A stretch of 32,000 bases of DNA. Source: Methanococcus maripaludis. Its GTDB lineage: Archaea; AGJL01; Methanococci; Methanococcales; Methanococcaceae. Both the position numbers and the translations under genes were made by a program. Of the stretch, positions 19,512 to 27,841 are shown in pieces. Positions within the stretch are counted from its first letter, which is position 1. Each line of letters opens with the position of its first letter. Under the pieces are notes generated by a model. That model was not told the origin of the DNA. It saw only the letters and a list, made by a program, of their open reading frames with translations, and did not search any database. The stretch is from NCBI RefSeq assembly GCF_002945325.1, contig NZ_CP026606.1, positions 1,230,001 through 1,262,000 of the forward strand. The letters are read 5' to 3'.

Positions 19512-20249
19512 TTGAGTTTTGAATTTTTAAAAAAACAGTTTAACGAGTTTTTAAACTTAAGCTTCATAAATAAATTCATTGTAACTTATTTTTTATCTTG
19601 GATGGGTTTATCCATAACTTTACTCATAAGTAAGCTTATAACTCCAATTATAAACGTTGAATCCGCAGGGGTTTTAACAACTGCAAAATATGAAGTAATT
19701 TCAACAGCAGTATCCTCTCAAATGGGAATTAATTATTTTTCGATATGGTATTCGTATTTTATAAGTAATTTTCTTGCATGTGTAACTATATTTTTGGTTT
19801 TCGTAATCCTTCCTTATATTTATAATAGGGATATTTCAAAAGGAAAATCAACGATCAAAGATTATTTCGATGTTTTATTGTTTTTTTACGCACTGGTTGT
19901 ATTAAATCCACTCACTGGAATTTTGGGTGCAAGTTTAAGTTTTTCAGATCTGCTTGCAATAATTCCGCATGGGTTTTTTGAATATGCTGGGTTTTCAATG
20001 TCAATAGTCCTTGGAATCGAGTATTCTATTTATAAACTTCCAGTAACTGGTGAAAAAGAAGTATGCACAAAAAAACAGAAAATAAAATTTTTATTAAAAT
20101 TTTTATTAATTCCGATTTTCTTATTTATTGCAGGGGGAATGGAAACTTTGGACTGGATCATAGTTAATTATGCAAAAGAAAATGGATTACCCATTGTGAA
20201 AACATTTTTTGAAGTGTATTATAACATCTTACGTTCATTAATATTTTAA
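19512..20249 (+). CDS. SpoIIM/DUF95-like integral membrane protein
   Basis: Polytopic membrane ORF with IIPHGFFEYAGFSMSIVLG, resembling the PHGxxE signature of the SpoIIM family. The frame is open from TTG 19485. TTG 19512 follows agAGGATGAaat. The start is uncertain because there is no early in-frame ATG. Confidence 0.6.
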   Translation: MSFEFLKKQFNEFLNLSFINKFIVTYFLSWMGLSITLLISKLITPIINVESAGVLTTAKYEVISTAVSSQMGINYFSIWYSYFISNFLACVTIFLVFVILPYIYNRDISKGKSTIKDYFDVLLFFYALVVLNPLTGILGASLSFSDLLAIIPHGFFEYAGFSMSIVLGIEYSIYKLPVTGEKEVCTKKQKIKFLLKFLLIPIFLFIAGGMETLDWIIVNYAKENGLPIVKTFFEVYYNILRSLIF

Positions 20250-20365
20250 TCATTTTTTTAGTTTTTTAAAAAAGAAATTTTTGCAGTTTTTCAAAATATT
20301 CATATATTTTTAACACCCATATTTTTTAATGCAAATGCCAAAAAAAGCTAATTTTGGGGGATAAT

Positions 20366-21199
20366 ATGTTTAATAAAAAATTTTTGGTATTTCCTGTGAT
20401 TTTTGCACTTTTAGTTGCAGTTTCATTTTCTGGCTGTACGGACAGTTCAGATTCAGAATCTGGTGCATCTGCTGAAGTGCAAACACAGGATTACGATTCA
20501 CAAAGTTCTTCAAGGTTAAATACAAACGAAGGTTCGGAAATTTTAGAATTGATTGGAAATCATGCTGAGGTATGGATTTATTCGTATGAATATACTATGA
20601 ATTCTAAGGTAAATGGTCAAAATATCGAGATTAGCGGATCTGGAATAGTTGATACAAAAAATAAAAATACTTACATGTATTTATCATCTGAAAATGGGAG
20701 TATTGAGTACTATTATTTCCAAGATGCAGTTTACATGGGGGCTGTTGCAAACGGGGAAACCCAGTGGATGAAAATGCCTGCTAGTAGCGAAGATTTTGAA
20801 GATAATTTTGATGTAATGGCCCAATACGACGAAAGTGTTTACGAACTTGAAAATAGTGACTTTATTTTGGAAGGTGAGGAAACCGTAAATGGAATCCCCT
20901 GTTACAAAGTAAGAATGAATATAGAAGACATTTATAATGATATGGTGTCAGAATATGCTGTTGAAGAAGGCGAAGTTTTAGATTGGGAAACAGCAGATGT
21001 TATTTATTATATCAGTAAATCGGACGGTTATTTAGTAAAAACAACAGCTAATATCAAAGGAACTGATAAATCCGGAGAGTCCTTTGAGATTAACTACGTT
21101 TTAAGTTTAAAAAATATCAATGAAGTTCAAAATATAGAACTTCCAAAAGAAGCAGAAAATGCAATTGATATGTCAGATTACTACTCAAACTACCAGTAA
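20366..21199 (+). CDS. Secreted lipobox-containing protein of unknown function
   Basis: ATG 20366 follows tGGGGGAtaat. The signal peptide MFNKKFLVFPVIFALLVAVSFSGC ends in a lipobox-like F-S-G-C. A Ser/Asp/Glu-rich linker (TDSSDSESGASAE...SQSSS) follows, then a roughly 220-aa globular domain. Confidence 0.65.
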   Translation: MFNKKFLVFPVIFALLVAVSFSGCTDSSDSESGASAEVQTQDYDSQSSSRLNTNEGSEILELIGNHAEVWIYSYEYTMNSKVNGQNIEISGSGIVDTKNKNTYMYLSSENGSIEYYYFQDAVYMGAVANGETQWMKMPASSEDFEDNFDVMAQYDESVYELENSDFILEGEETVNGIPCYKVRMNIEDIYNDMVSEYAVEEGEVLDWETADVIYYISKSDGYLVKTTANIKGTDKSGESFEINYVLSLKNINEVQNIELPKEAENAIDMSDYYSNYQ

Positions 21200-21235
21200 A
21201 TTTATAATAAAAATATAAAAAAAGATTTTTTTATT

Positions 21236-24200
21236 TTATTTATTTTTTTCAATATCGATTGAAATATCGTAAGTTTCTTCATTTGGCGTTTTAATAGTCC
21301 ATTTTTGATTGTAATCAGATTTTAAACTTTCAACGAAGTTTCCTCTAACTTCATTTGCAATATGGCTTAAATAATCACTACTGAAATCAATTCCGTCTAA
21401 TTTTACATTGATTTTTTCGTTAATATCTAAATCCATATCTTTTCTCATGGACTGGATTCTTCTAACAACTTCTCTAACCAATCCTTCTTTGATTACTTCA
21501 TCGTTCATCTCAATGTTAATGTAAACGTTTCCTTTTGAGAATTCAACACCGACAATGTTTTCAGGAATTTCAACCCTGAATTCAACGTATTCTGGTTTTA
21601 TTTCATATTCTGAAACTTTTAAGTTTCCAGATTTCAATTTTTCTTTTAGTTCGCTAGGTGCTACTGAATTTATCGCAGCAACAACTTTTGGAACATCGCT
21701 TCTGAAGATTTTTCCAAGTTCTTTGAAGTTTGGTTTTACAGTTATATTTCCTTCAAATTCTTTTAATTCGATTTCTTTTACGTTGCCCTGTTCTTTTATG
21801 ATGTATCCATATTTTTCAACAGTTTCAGCAATGTTTTCAGGAAGCGTTATTTTTGTAATCGGATATCTTAGTGTGTATTTTGCTTTATCTCTTCCTTTGA
21901 GGATTGAATCTACAATTTCACGAATAATTTCGGTATCTTTTTCCAAAGTTTCATTTATGAATTCAGATTCAATTGTTAACTTGTTCATGAAGATGCTTTC
22001 AGGCATATCTTCAGTTTTCAAGTTCTGGTAGATTTCTTCTGAAAGGTGAGGTGTTACCGGAGCCATTATTGAAATTAATTTCATGATCACGTAGTACAGA
22101 GTCTGGTATGCAGATAATTTCTGCACGTCATTTTTCTCCATCCATGTTCTGTCACGAATTAATTTAATATACCATCTTGAAAAGTCGTTGAGTATGAAAT
22201 CCCTAAGTGCCCACGTGTACACGTGTAAATGGGGTTTCTCTAAAGCTTCAACAGCTTCTTTAGCGACAGTATTTATTCTGCTCAATATCCATGCATCTTC
22301 ATCTTTTACATGCTTGAAATATTCGTTATTTGGAACGAAATCATCAAGAACCATGTAGTTTGCAGAAAATGCGTATGAATTCCAGAGTGTATTTAACATA
22401 CTTCTGGTTTCATCCATTTCCGAGTATGAAAATCTTAAATCTTCCCAAGCTTTGTTTGCACTTAAAAGATAGAACCTTAAAACATCTGCACCGTACTGGT
22501 CTGTAACATCGTCAGGGCTTACAATGTTTCCTAATGATTTACTCATTTTTTCTCCGGTTTCATCAAGAGTGAATCCGTGCATCATACATTTTTCGTAAGA
22601 AGTATCGTCAAATACAACTGCACTCAATGCATGCTGTGAGTAGAACCATTTTGTAACCTGATCGTTTCCTTCGGTAATAAATTGAGCTTTTTTAAGCTTT
22701 TTAGATCCAATTGAAGCATATGGTGCCAAACCACTGTCGTACCAGACATCTAATACATCAGGGGTTCTTTTCATTTTTCCGCCGCAGGAACATGTAAGTG
22801 TAATTTTATCAACGGCAGGTTTGTGGATGTCGCTTAAATCTACATCTTTTTCGTTAGCTCTTTCTTTTAATTCACCAACTGAACCGATTACTTCATATTT
22901 TCCACATTCTTCACAGATCCAGATTGGAAGCGGAATTCCCCAGTATCTTTGTCTTGAGATGTTCCAGTCTCCAACAAAGCTTACACCGTTAACATATCTT
23001 GTTTTAACCCAGTCTGGGACCCAATCAACAGTTTTACCCTGTTCGATGATGGAATCTTTTATTTTTGAGATTGAAAGGAACCACTGTTCAGTTGCCCTGA
23101 ATAAAAGTGGTGTTTTACATCTCCAGCAGTGCGGGTATGTGTGTTTTACTTTTCCAGAGTTTACGAGTAAATTTTTGGATAACAATGTTTCAATAACTGA
23201 TTCATCCATATCTTTTACGAAAGTTCCTTTCCAGATACTATCGGTATATTTTCCGTTGTCATCAATTGGTGCGTATACTGGAATATTATGTTCTTTACCA
23301 ATGTTAAAATCGTCTTCACCAAATCCTGGTGCGGTGTGAACTAAACCGGTTCCACCTTCGAGAGTTACGTGGTCTCCTGGAACAATTGTGTGCACATTTT
23401 CTATTTTTGCAAATTCTTGCTGTTTTTCGTTTTCTTCAAGGAGTGGGTGGATGTATTTTAATCCAATTAACGAATCTCCTTTAACAACTTTTGAAATACT
23501 GAATTTTGAAATTTCATTGTTTTTTTCAGCCTTTTTCATTACGTCATTTACTAATTTTTCAGCAATAATCCATGTTTCAACAGTTCCATTTTCAAATTCA
23601 ACACTAACATAAGCGTAATCAAATTCCGGATTTACACATACGAGCATGTTTGAAGGAAGTGTCCATGGAGTTGTGGTCCAGATTGTGATGTATTCATCGC
23701 TTTTTTCAAGCTTGAATTTTACATAAACTGAAGGATCGAGTACCTCTTTGTATTCTCCTCTTACTTCGTGTTCAGCAAGCGAAGTTTCACATCTTGGGCA
23801 CCAGTATCCTGATCTTAAGTCTTTTGTAAGTAATTCTTTTTCATGAGCTTTTTTAAGCGTCCACCAGCCCATTTCCATGTAGTCTCTTTTGATCGGCATG
23901 TATGCGTTTTCAAAATCGAGCCATACACCTAGGTTTTCAAACTGTCCTTGCATGTGTCCGAGGTGATTTAATGCAAACTCTTTACATTTGTTTATAAATT
24001 CCTGCGTTCCAATTTTTGTTTCAATGTCTTTTTTGGAGCCGATGTTAAATTCATTTTCCACTTTAACTTCGATAGGAAGGCCGTGCATGTCCCATCCAGC
24101 TTTATCTAAAACATTGTATCCTTGAATTCTCTTAAATCTTAAAACTGTATCCTTTATAATTTTATTCCAAGCCGTTCCAAGGTGTATTGCACCAGAACAG

Positions 24201-24340
24201 TACGGAGGGCCGTCAACAAAATAGTATTCAGGGCCGTGTTCATTTAATGCTTTTACTTTTTTGTAGGTATTTTCTTTTTTCCAGTATTCTTTTACTTTTT
24301 TATCTAATTCTCTAAAATTTACGGATTTAACTTGTTTCAT
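21236..24340 (-). CDS. ileS: Isoleucine--tRNA ligase
   Basis: 1034 aa. Class I HIGH-type motif (PPYCSGAIHLGTA), KMSKS, zinc-knuckle cysteines (CPRCETS, CWRCKTP, CEECG) and a CP1 editing domain. SD is gGGGTGAataa. Confidence 0.95.
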   Translation of the reverse strand: MKQVKSVNFRELDKKVKEYWKKENTYKKVKALNEHGPEYYFVDGPPYCSGAIHLGTAWNKIIKDTVLRFKRIQGYNVLDKAGWDMHGLPIEVKVENEFNIGSKKDIETKIGTQEFINKCKEFALNHLGHMQGQFENLGVWLDFENAYMPIKRDYMEMGWWTLKKAHEKELLTKDLRSGYWCPRCETSLAEHEVRGEYKEVLDPSVYVKFKLEKSDEYITIWTTTPWTLPSNMLVCVNPEFDYAYVSVEFENGTVETWIIAEKLVNDVMKKAEKNNEISKFSISKVVKGDSLIGLKYIHPLLEENEKQQEFAKIENVHTIVPGDHVTLEGGTGLVHTAPGFGEDDFNIGKEHNIPVYAPIDDNGKYTDSIWKGTFVKDMDESVIETLLSKNLLVNSGKVKHTYPHCWRCKTPLLFRATEQWFLSISKIKDSIIEQGKTVDWVPDWVKTRYVNGVSFVGDWNISRQRYWGIPLPIWICEECGKYEVIGSVGELKERANEKDVDLSDIHKPAVDKITLTCSCGGKMKRTPDVLDVWYDSGLAPYASIGSKKLKKAQFITEGNDQVTKWFYSQHALSAVVFDDTSYEKCMMHGFTLDETGEKMSKSLGNIVSPDDVTDQYGADVLRFYLLSANKAWEDLRFSYSEMDETRSMLNTLWNSYAFSANYMVLDDFVPNNEYFKHVKDEDAWILSRINTVAKEAVEALEKPHLHVYTWALRDFILNDFSRWYIKLIRDRTWMEKNDVQKLSAYQTLYYVIMKLISIMAPVTPHLSEEIYQNLKTEDMPESIFMNKLTIESEFINETLEKDTEIIREIVDSILKGRDKAKYTLRYPITKITLPENIAETVEKYGYIIKEQGNVKEIELKEFEGNITVKPNFKELGKIFRSDVPKVVAAINSVAPSELKEKLKSGNLKVSEYEIKPEYVEFRVEIPENIVGVEFSKGNVYINIEMNDEVIKEGLVREVVRRIQSMRKDMDLDINEKINVKLDGIDFSSDYLSHIANEVRGNFVESLKSDYNQKWTIKTPNEETYDISIDIEKNK

Positions 24341-24379
24341 TTATTCACCCCGATAATTTTTAAAATAATTTAATTTAGA

Positions 24380-24760
24380 TTAATGTGATTCTTCAATTTC
24401 ATCATCTGAATCAAGACTTTTACTTTTGTAGTACCCTTTCAAAAGCGGCATTTTTGGAAGGTCCTCTAAAAGATAAAAGTAAGGTTCATGCCTCTCGCTA
24501 ACAATTACGATATGTGCAGGAGGGTGAATTTTTCTAATCCTATCGATTGCTCTTGGTGCATTTTCCTCAATCCTGACAAGGCAAGCTTTTTTGCATGGTT
24601 TTTTAATGTTTCCAACAATATGTTCAAGAATTTCATCTGCAGCTTCTGGAACCATTATTCTTGGTTTTCCAAGTATTGTTAATTTAGCATGCCTGTGAAC
24701 ATCAGCTATTGCGTTTTTTATTTTTTCGTAGCTGTCGCCTCTAATAATCAAGAGTACCAT
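24380..24760 (-). CDS. Conserved hypothetical protein with an acidic C-terminal tail
   Basis: Track ORF 24380..24769. The ATG at 24760 (MVLLIIRGDSYEK...) follows GGTGAgaaac. It ends ...KSKSLDSDDEIEESH. I recognise no family. Confidence 0.55.
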   Translation of the reverse strand: MVLLIIRGDSYEKIKNAIADVHRHAKLTILGKPRIMVPEAADEILEHIVGNIKKPCKKACLVRIEENAPRAIDRIRKIHPPAHIVIVSERHEPYFYLLEDLPKMPLLKGYYKSKSLDSDDEIEESH

Positions 24761-24814
24761 GTTTCTCACCGTGTTTTAGTAGTTTTAAGTTTTAGAATTA
24801 TAAAATATTCTAAT

Positions 24815-25486
24815 TTACTTTTTATCCCATAAATCAAGATATTCTTGAAGTATGAATGGAAAATCTCTTGCGTTGACGAATCTAAGCCCGAGTCTTTGAG
24901 CCCATTTTTCAATACCTTCATCGTTTGCAACAACTGCTGCATCGAGCTCTTTTGCTAACAAAAGAACATCTAAGTCAGGGGCACTGTCAAGTGTACCTCC
25001 TCGAAGTGCATTTCGGTATTTGACCCTAAAACTATTAACTGTTTTTGACAGGACTTCGTTTAACACGTCTTCCCTATCTTTTTCGTCAGGTTTTGAGAGT
25101 ATGTATGCTTCCAAGGCTGTTTCATACATTGCGTTTTCACTTATTCTCATCCCTTTATTTATTCTTTCCCTTAAATCTTTTACATATTCATAAAATATTT
25201 CGGCAGGAATTTTTATTTCGTACCTGTTTGGGGTTTTTTTGACAAGCCACGTGTCTACTTTTATCAATGTTTCAGGGGCACACCCTTCACGAGTTAAAAA
25301 ACCAACAAGTTCTTTATAAACAGTATCATAAGGAATATGGCATGAAATATCGAGCTGTACCCGTGCCTGTGCGATAATATCCATTATTTTTTCTGCAGAT
25401 TCTGAAATATTTGAAACACCTAACGATTTTCTAACGTCACTATCAGTAATTGCAGTTGTATCAAGGCAAAATCTTTGTTTTTGCAA
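24815..25486 (-). CDS. HARP-family PIN-like protein (homolog of Aquifex protein-only RNase P; UPF0278 / MJ0950 'RNA ligase partner' family)
   Basis: 223 aa. The N-terminal FCLDTTAITD (PIN-type Asp), IPAEIFYEYVKDLRERINKGMRISE and LDSAPDLDVLLLAKELDAAVVANDEGIEKWAQRLGL closely parallel the Aq_880 (HARP) blocks [26 protein letters not shown] and [28 protein letters not shown] as I recall them. TTG start at 25486 after GGGGGTcgatact, with no ATG alternative. Confidence 0.8.
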   Translation of the reverse strand: MQKQRFCLDTTAITDSDVRKSLGVSNISESAEKIMDIIAQARVQLDISCHIPYDTVYKELVGFLTREGCAPETLIKVDTWLVKKTPNRYEIKIPAEIFYEYVKDLRERINKGMRISENAMYETALEAYILSKPDEKDREDVLNEVLSKTVNSFRVKYRNALRGGTLDSAPDLDVLLLAKELDAAVVANDEGIEKWAQRLGLRFVNARDFPFILQEYLDLWDKK

Positions 25487-25501
25487 AAGTATCGACCCCC
25501 T

Positions 25502-26551
25502 TTATTCATGATTATTTATCCCGTTTAAAATTCTTAAATTTGCCGGATAATTTTCAATGTATTTTGAGATAGTTTCCTTTTCTATTCTCGCTTCTAATTT
25601 TGAGATTGTCCTTTCAATGTTATTTTTTGAAAAACCTCTTGGGATACATTCTTTTATTTCTTCAATCGATTCGTAATATTCTTTTTCATTTAATTTTTCT
25701 GAAATATTTTCTGGCAGATATCTGCTCAAATCAAAGTTATTCACGGTATCAAGGACCATCTGTTCGTTTCTTTTTAGAATAATTTCTGATAAATTATCTC
25801 CAAAAGATTTAAAGACATCAATCGTGGTTTTTGGAAGCATGTGTTTTATGGATTCAAAATTATTGTTAAAAACTCCTTCTCGTATTTTTGTTCCACTTAT
25901 ACCTTCAATTCTTTCGATAAATTTGAATTTAGGGTTCCATTTTGGGAAATTTTCTTTTAAACGGTACATCGTGTAGGACATTGAAGCAATAACATAGTTA
26001 TCAATTTCCAATTTTTCTCCAAGTTTTTCGCAAGTTTCAATACACGAGATATTATATGGTTTTATTTTGATGTGATGCCCATTATTTATTGAATTAATTA
26101 CCCGTTCCATCGTTTCTTCTTCAATATATCCTCTTGGAATAATATCTCCATTTAATGCAGAAAAAATCTTTATCAAACACTGCATGTATTGACCTGAACC
26201 CATAATTCCCATTGGGGGGCCTTCAACTACTAAATCTGCTCCAGCAAGCAGTGCCATTTCTGCACGAATATGTCGATTAACTAAATATGGAATTCCCCGT
26301 CCACTTCTTTCAAGGGGTCCTGGAATAACACTTATAAACAAACCTTCACTTTTTCCAAAATCCATGCAGTATTTGTGCCCGTTATGGAGTGGATTATATT
26401 CGGTAAAGTCTACAACAATGTTTTTTAGGTTTTTTTCATCTTTCAATGCTTCAATGAGTTTTTGAACTTCAAAAATGTTATTTTTTGAATTTTTCGAGTC
26501 TTCAATTATCAACTTTCTATCTTTTTCAAATGATTTTATTTCGTCTTCCAT
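25502..26551 (-). CDS. HxGH nucleotidyltransferase-superfamily protein, TmcAL-like (DUF795/UPF0348 type)
   Basis: 349 aa. [17 protein letters not shown] ... [39 protein letters not shown] aligns by eye with B. subtilis TmcAL (YlbM) VVEYNPFHNGHLYH ... [37 protein letters not shown]. SD is GTGGTAGA. Confidence 0.7.
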   Translation of the reverse strand: MEDEIKSFEKDRKLIIEDSKNSKNNIFEVQKLIEALKDEKNLKNIVVDFTEYNPLHNGHKYCMDFGKSEGLFISVIPGPLERSGRGIPYLVNRHIRAEMALLAGADLVVEGPPMGIMGSGQYMQCLIKIFSALNGDIIPRGYIEEETMERVINSINNGHHIKIKPYNISCIETCEKLGEKLEIDNYVIASMSYTMYRLKENFPKWNPKFKFIERIEGISGTKIREGVFNNNFESIKHMLPKTTIDVFKSFGDNLSEIILKRNEQMVLDTVNNFDLSRYLPENISEKLNEKEYYESIEEIKECIPRGFSKNNIERTISKLEARIEKETISKYIENYPANLRILNGINNHE

Positions 26552-26583
26552 TCTACCACAAATCCAATGTTTTCAAAGCTTAC

Positions 26584-26598
26584 CGAAAAATTTATATA
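26584..26598 (+). promoter_or_regulatory. BRE/TATA promoter for tRNA-Val (the TATA element may also serve the divergent 26551 operon)
   Basis: CGAAAAA-TTTATATA (26584-26598) matches the methanococcal stable-RNA promoter pattern. The predicted start near G26621 gives a leader of about 32 nt. Read on the other strand, the same AT-symmetric element (TAATATATAAA) lies about 40 nt upstream of ATG 26551. Confidence 0.5.
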
Positions 26599-26652
26599 TT
26601 ATGAATGCAATGTTTATTTTGCTCTCAGAACGAGAGCCAAGAGAAGCAAAAA

Positions 26653-26729
26653 GGACCTATGGTCTAGTTGGCTATGACATCGCCCTTACAAGGCGAGGGT
26701 CGCCGGTTCGAATCCGGCTAGGTCCACCA
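26653..26729 (+). tRNA. tRNA-Val (anticodon UAC), CCA encoded
   Basis: Manual cloverleaf. Acceptor stem GGACCTA/TAGGTCC is perfect over 7 bp. D-arm is GTCT-AGTTGGCTA-TGAC. Anticodon stem TCGCC/GGCGA carries the loop CT-TAC-AA. Variable loop is GGGTC. T-arm is GCCGG-TTCGAAT-CCGGC. The discriminator is A, and the genomic CCA is at 26727-26729. Confidence 0.95.
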
Positions 26730-26739
26730 TTTTTATTTT
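26730..26739 (+). terminator. Oligo-T terminator after tRNA-Val
   Basis: TTTTTATTTT follows the encoded CCA directly. Confidence 0.6.
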
Positions 26740-26855
26740 AGGCATATATATTGATAAATTCAAATATATTGTAATGTTTGAAATGTAACTTTTTTGAATA
26801 GATTATTTTAATATGTATTTTAAAATTTAATTTAAAAGTTAAAAATTAGTCAAAA

Positions 26856-27290
26856 TTAGTTTGTTTTAGGATTCATTTGAGCGCTTCTCTGTTCAATTGC
26901 AGCAGCTCTTTTTTCAAGTTCAGATCTTAATTTTACAATTTCCTGACTTGTTTTTTGGATTTGAGAATTTACGAGTTCTTTTGTTTTTTCGAGTTCTTCA
27001 ATACTTTTTTGGAAATCTATTATTACATCATCTACATTCTTTTCAAGTAAAACGTCTACTCCGACTGAAAGAACGATTTTTTCAGGGTTTTGAGCTTCTG
27101 CTTTTACAAATGCACCAGCACCTAGAGGTAATAAAATTTCTTTGGATGTTTTCATACTTTCCATGGATTCAATGGATCTCAAAAGTTCCATTATCATCAT
27201 ATCAATGTTTGAAAGTTCTTCTTTAAGTTTATCAACCTGTTGGTTGTAAACGTCAAGTGCCATAAATTGATTTTGAAGTTCTTCGTTCAT
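26856..27290 (-). CDS. pfdA: Prefoldin alpha subunit
   Basis: About 144 aa. N- and C-terminal heptad coiled coils flank a central beta-hairpin region ([33 protein letters not shown]), which is the alpha-class prefoldin architecture. The ATG at 27290 follows GGGTGAtaaga. The track start at 27299 is the GTG inside the SD. Confidence 0.8.
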   Translation of the reverse strand: MNEELQNQFMALDVYNQQVDKLKEELSNIDMMIMELLRSIESMESMKTSKEILLPLGAGAFVKAEAQNPEKIVLSVGVDVLLEKNVDDVIIDFQKSIEELEKTKELVNSQIQKTSQEIVKLRSELEKRAAAIEQRSAQMNPKTN

Positions 27291-27484
27291 TCTTATCACC
27301 CTTAATAACTATTTTGGATTAGAATTAGGACACCATAAACTCTAAAAGTAAATCGTGTTTTGTTTTCAGATATTTAAAACAATAAGCCTTATTTTCAATA
27401 TTTTTATAGTTACGATAATTATATATAGCTATTTATCATTATTGATAATTAAGAATTGTTCCTCTATGGACAAAGGTGTTATAA

Positions 27485-27787
27485 ATGAAGCTTTTTGGAT
27501 TTTTCGGGTATTCAATCGTTTTTTTAAAGGCTTTAGCCGAAGCATGGATTGATGTAGTTAAAAGAAGTTTTGACGGCAAAATCGATCCAGAAGTTATTGA
27601 AATAAACACGGATATAAACAGTTTAATGGGCCAGGTTTTGCTTGCATCGAGCATTACTTTGACTCCTGGAACCCTTACAATTGATCTGGATTCAGAAAAT
27701 AAAATTTTAAAAGTAGCTTCAATAAGTCCGAGAACAAAAGATGAGATAGTGCCTTTTGAGCCATACATAAAAAAGATTTTTGATTAA
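27485..27787 (+). CDS. MnhE/MrpE-like protein (cation:proton antiporter subunit E family core, lacking the N-terminal TM region); possibly a dispersed energy-converting hydrogenase accessory subunit
   Basis: 100 aa. [17 protein letters not shown]...IDPEVIEI...[18 protein letters not shown] matches the conserved MnhE core including the ITLTPGT motif. SD is AAGGTGttataa. Confidence 0.65.
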   Translation: MKLFGFFGYSIVFLKALAEAWIDVVKRSFDGKIDPEVIEINTDINSLMGQVLLASSITLTPGTLTIDLDSENKILKVASISPRTKDEIVPFEPYIKKIFD

Positions 27788-27841
27788 ATTAATTTTTTTA
27801 AAATATTATTTTTTATTTTTTCTAAAGATTTAGTTGGTATT

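Noticed and set aside
26475-26741. An 88-aa plus-strand ORF
   Set aside because: It reads through the promoter, the leader and the whole tRNA-Val gene. The tRNA cloverleaf explains the sequence, so a protein product is implausible.
26653-26860. The tRNA gene as an integration site for a mobile element or genomic island
   Set aside because: There is no integrase or transposase nearby and no direct repeat of the tRNA 3' end downstream. The flanking genes (prefoldin, the HARP cluster) are housekeeping-type, and composition is uniform.
27430-27445. A small palindrome TTATCA-ttat-TGATAA upstream of the MnhE-like gene
   Set aside because: The arms are only 6 bp and all but one position are A/T. 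This is expected by chance many times in a genome of this composition.
27355-27552. A 65-aa hydrophobic ORF in the pfdA / MnhE-like intergenic region
   Set aside because: It has a GTG start without an SD. It consists largely of AT-rich promoter DNA translated as I/F/L and overlaps the well-supported MnhE-like start out of frame.
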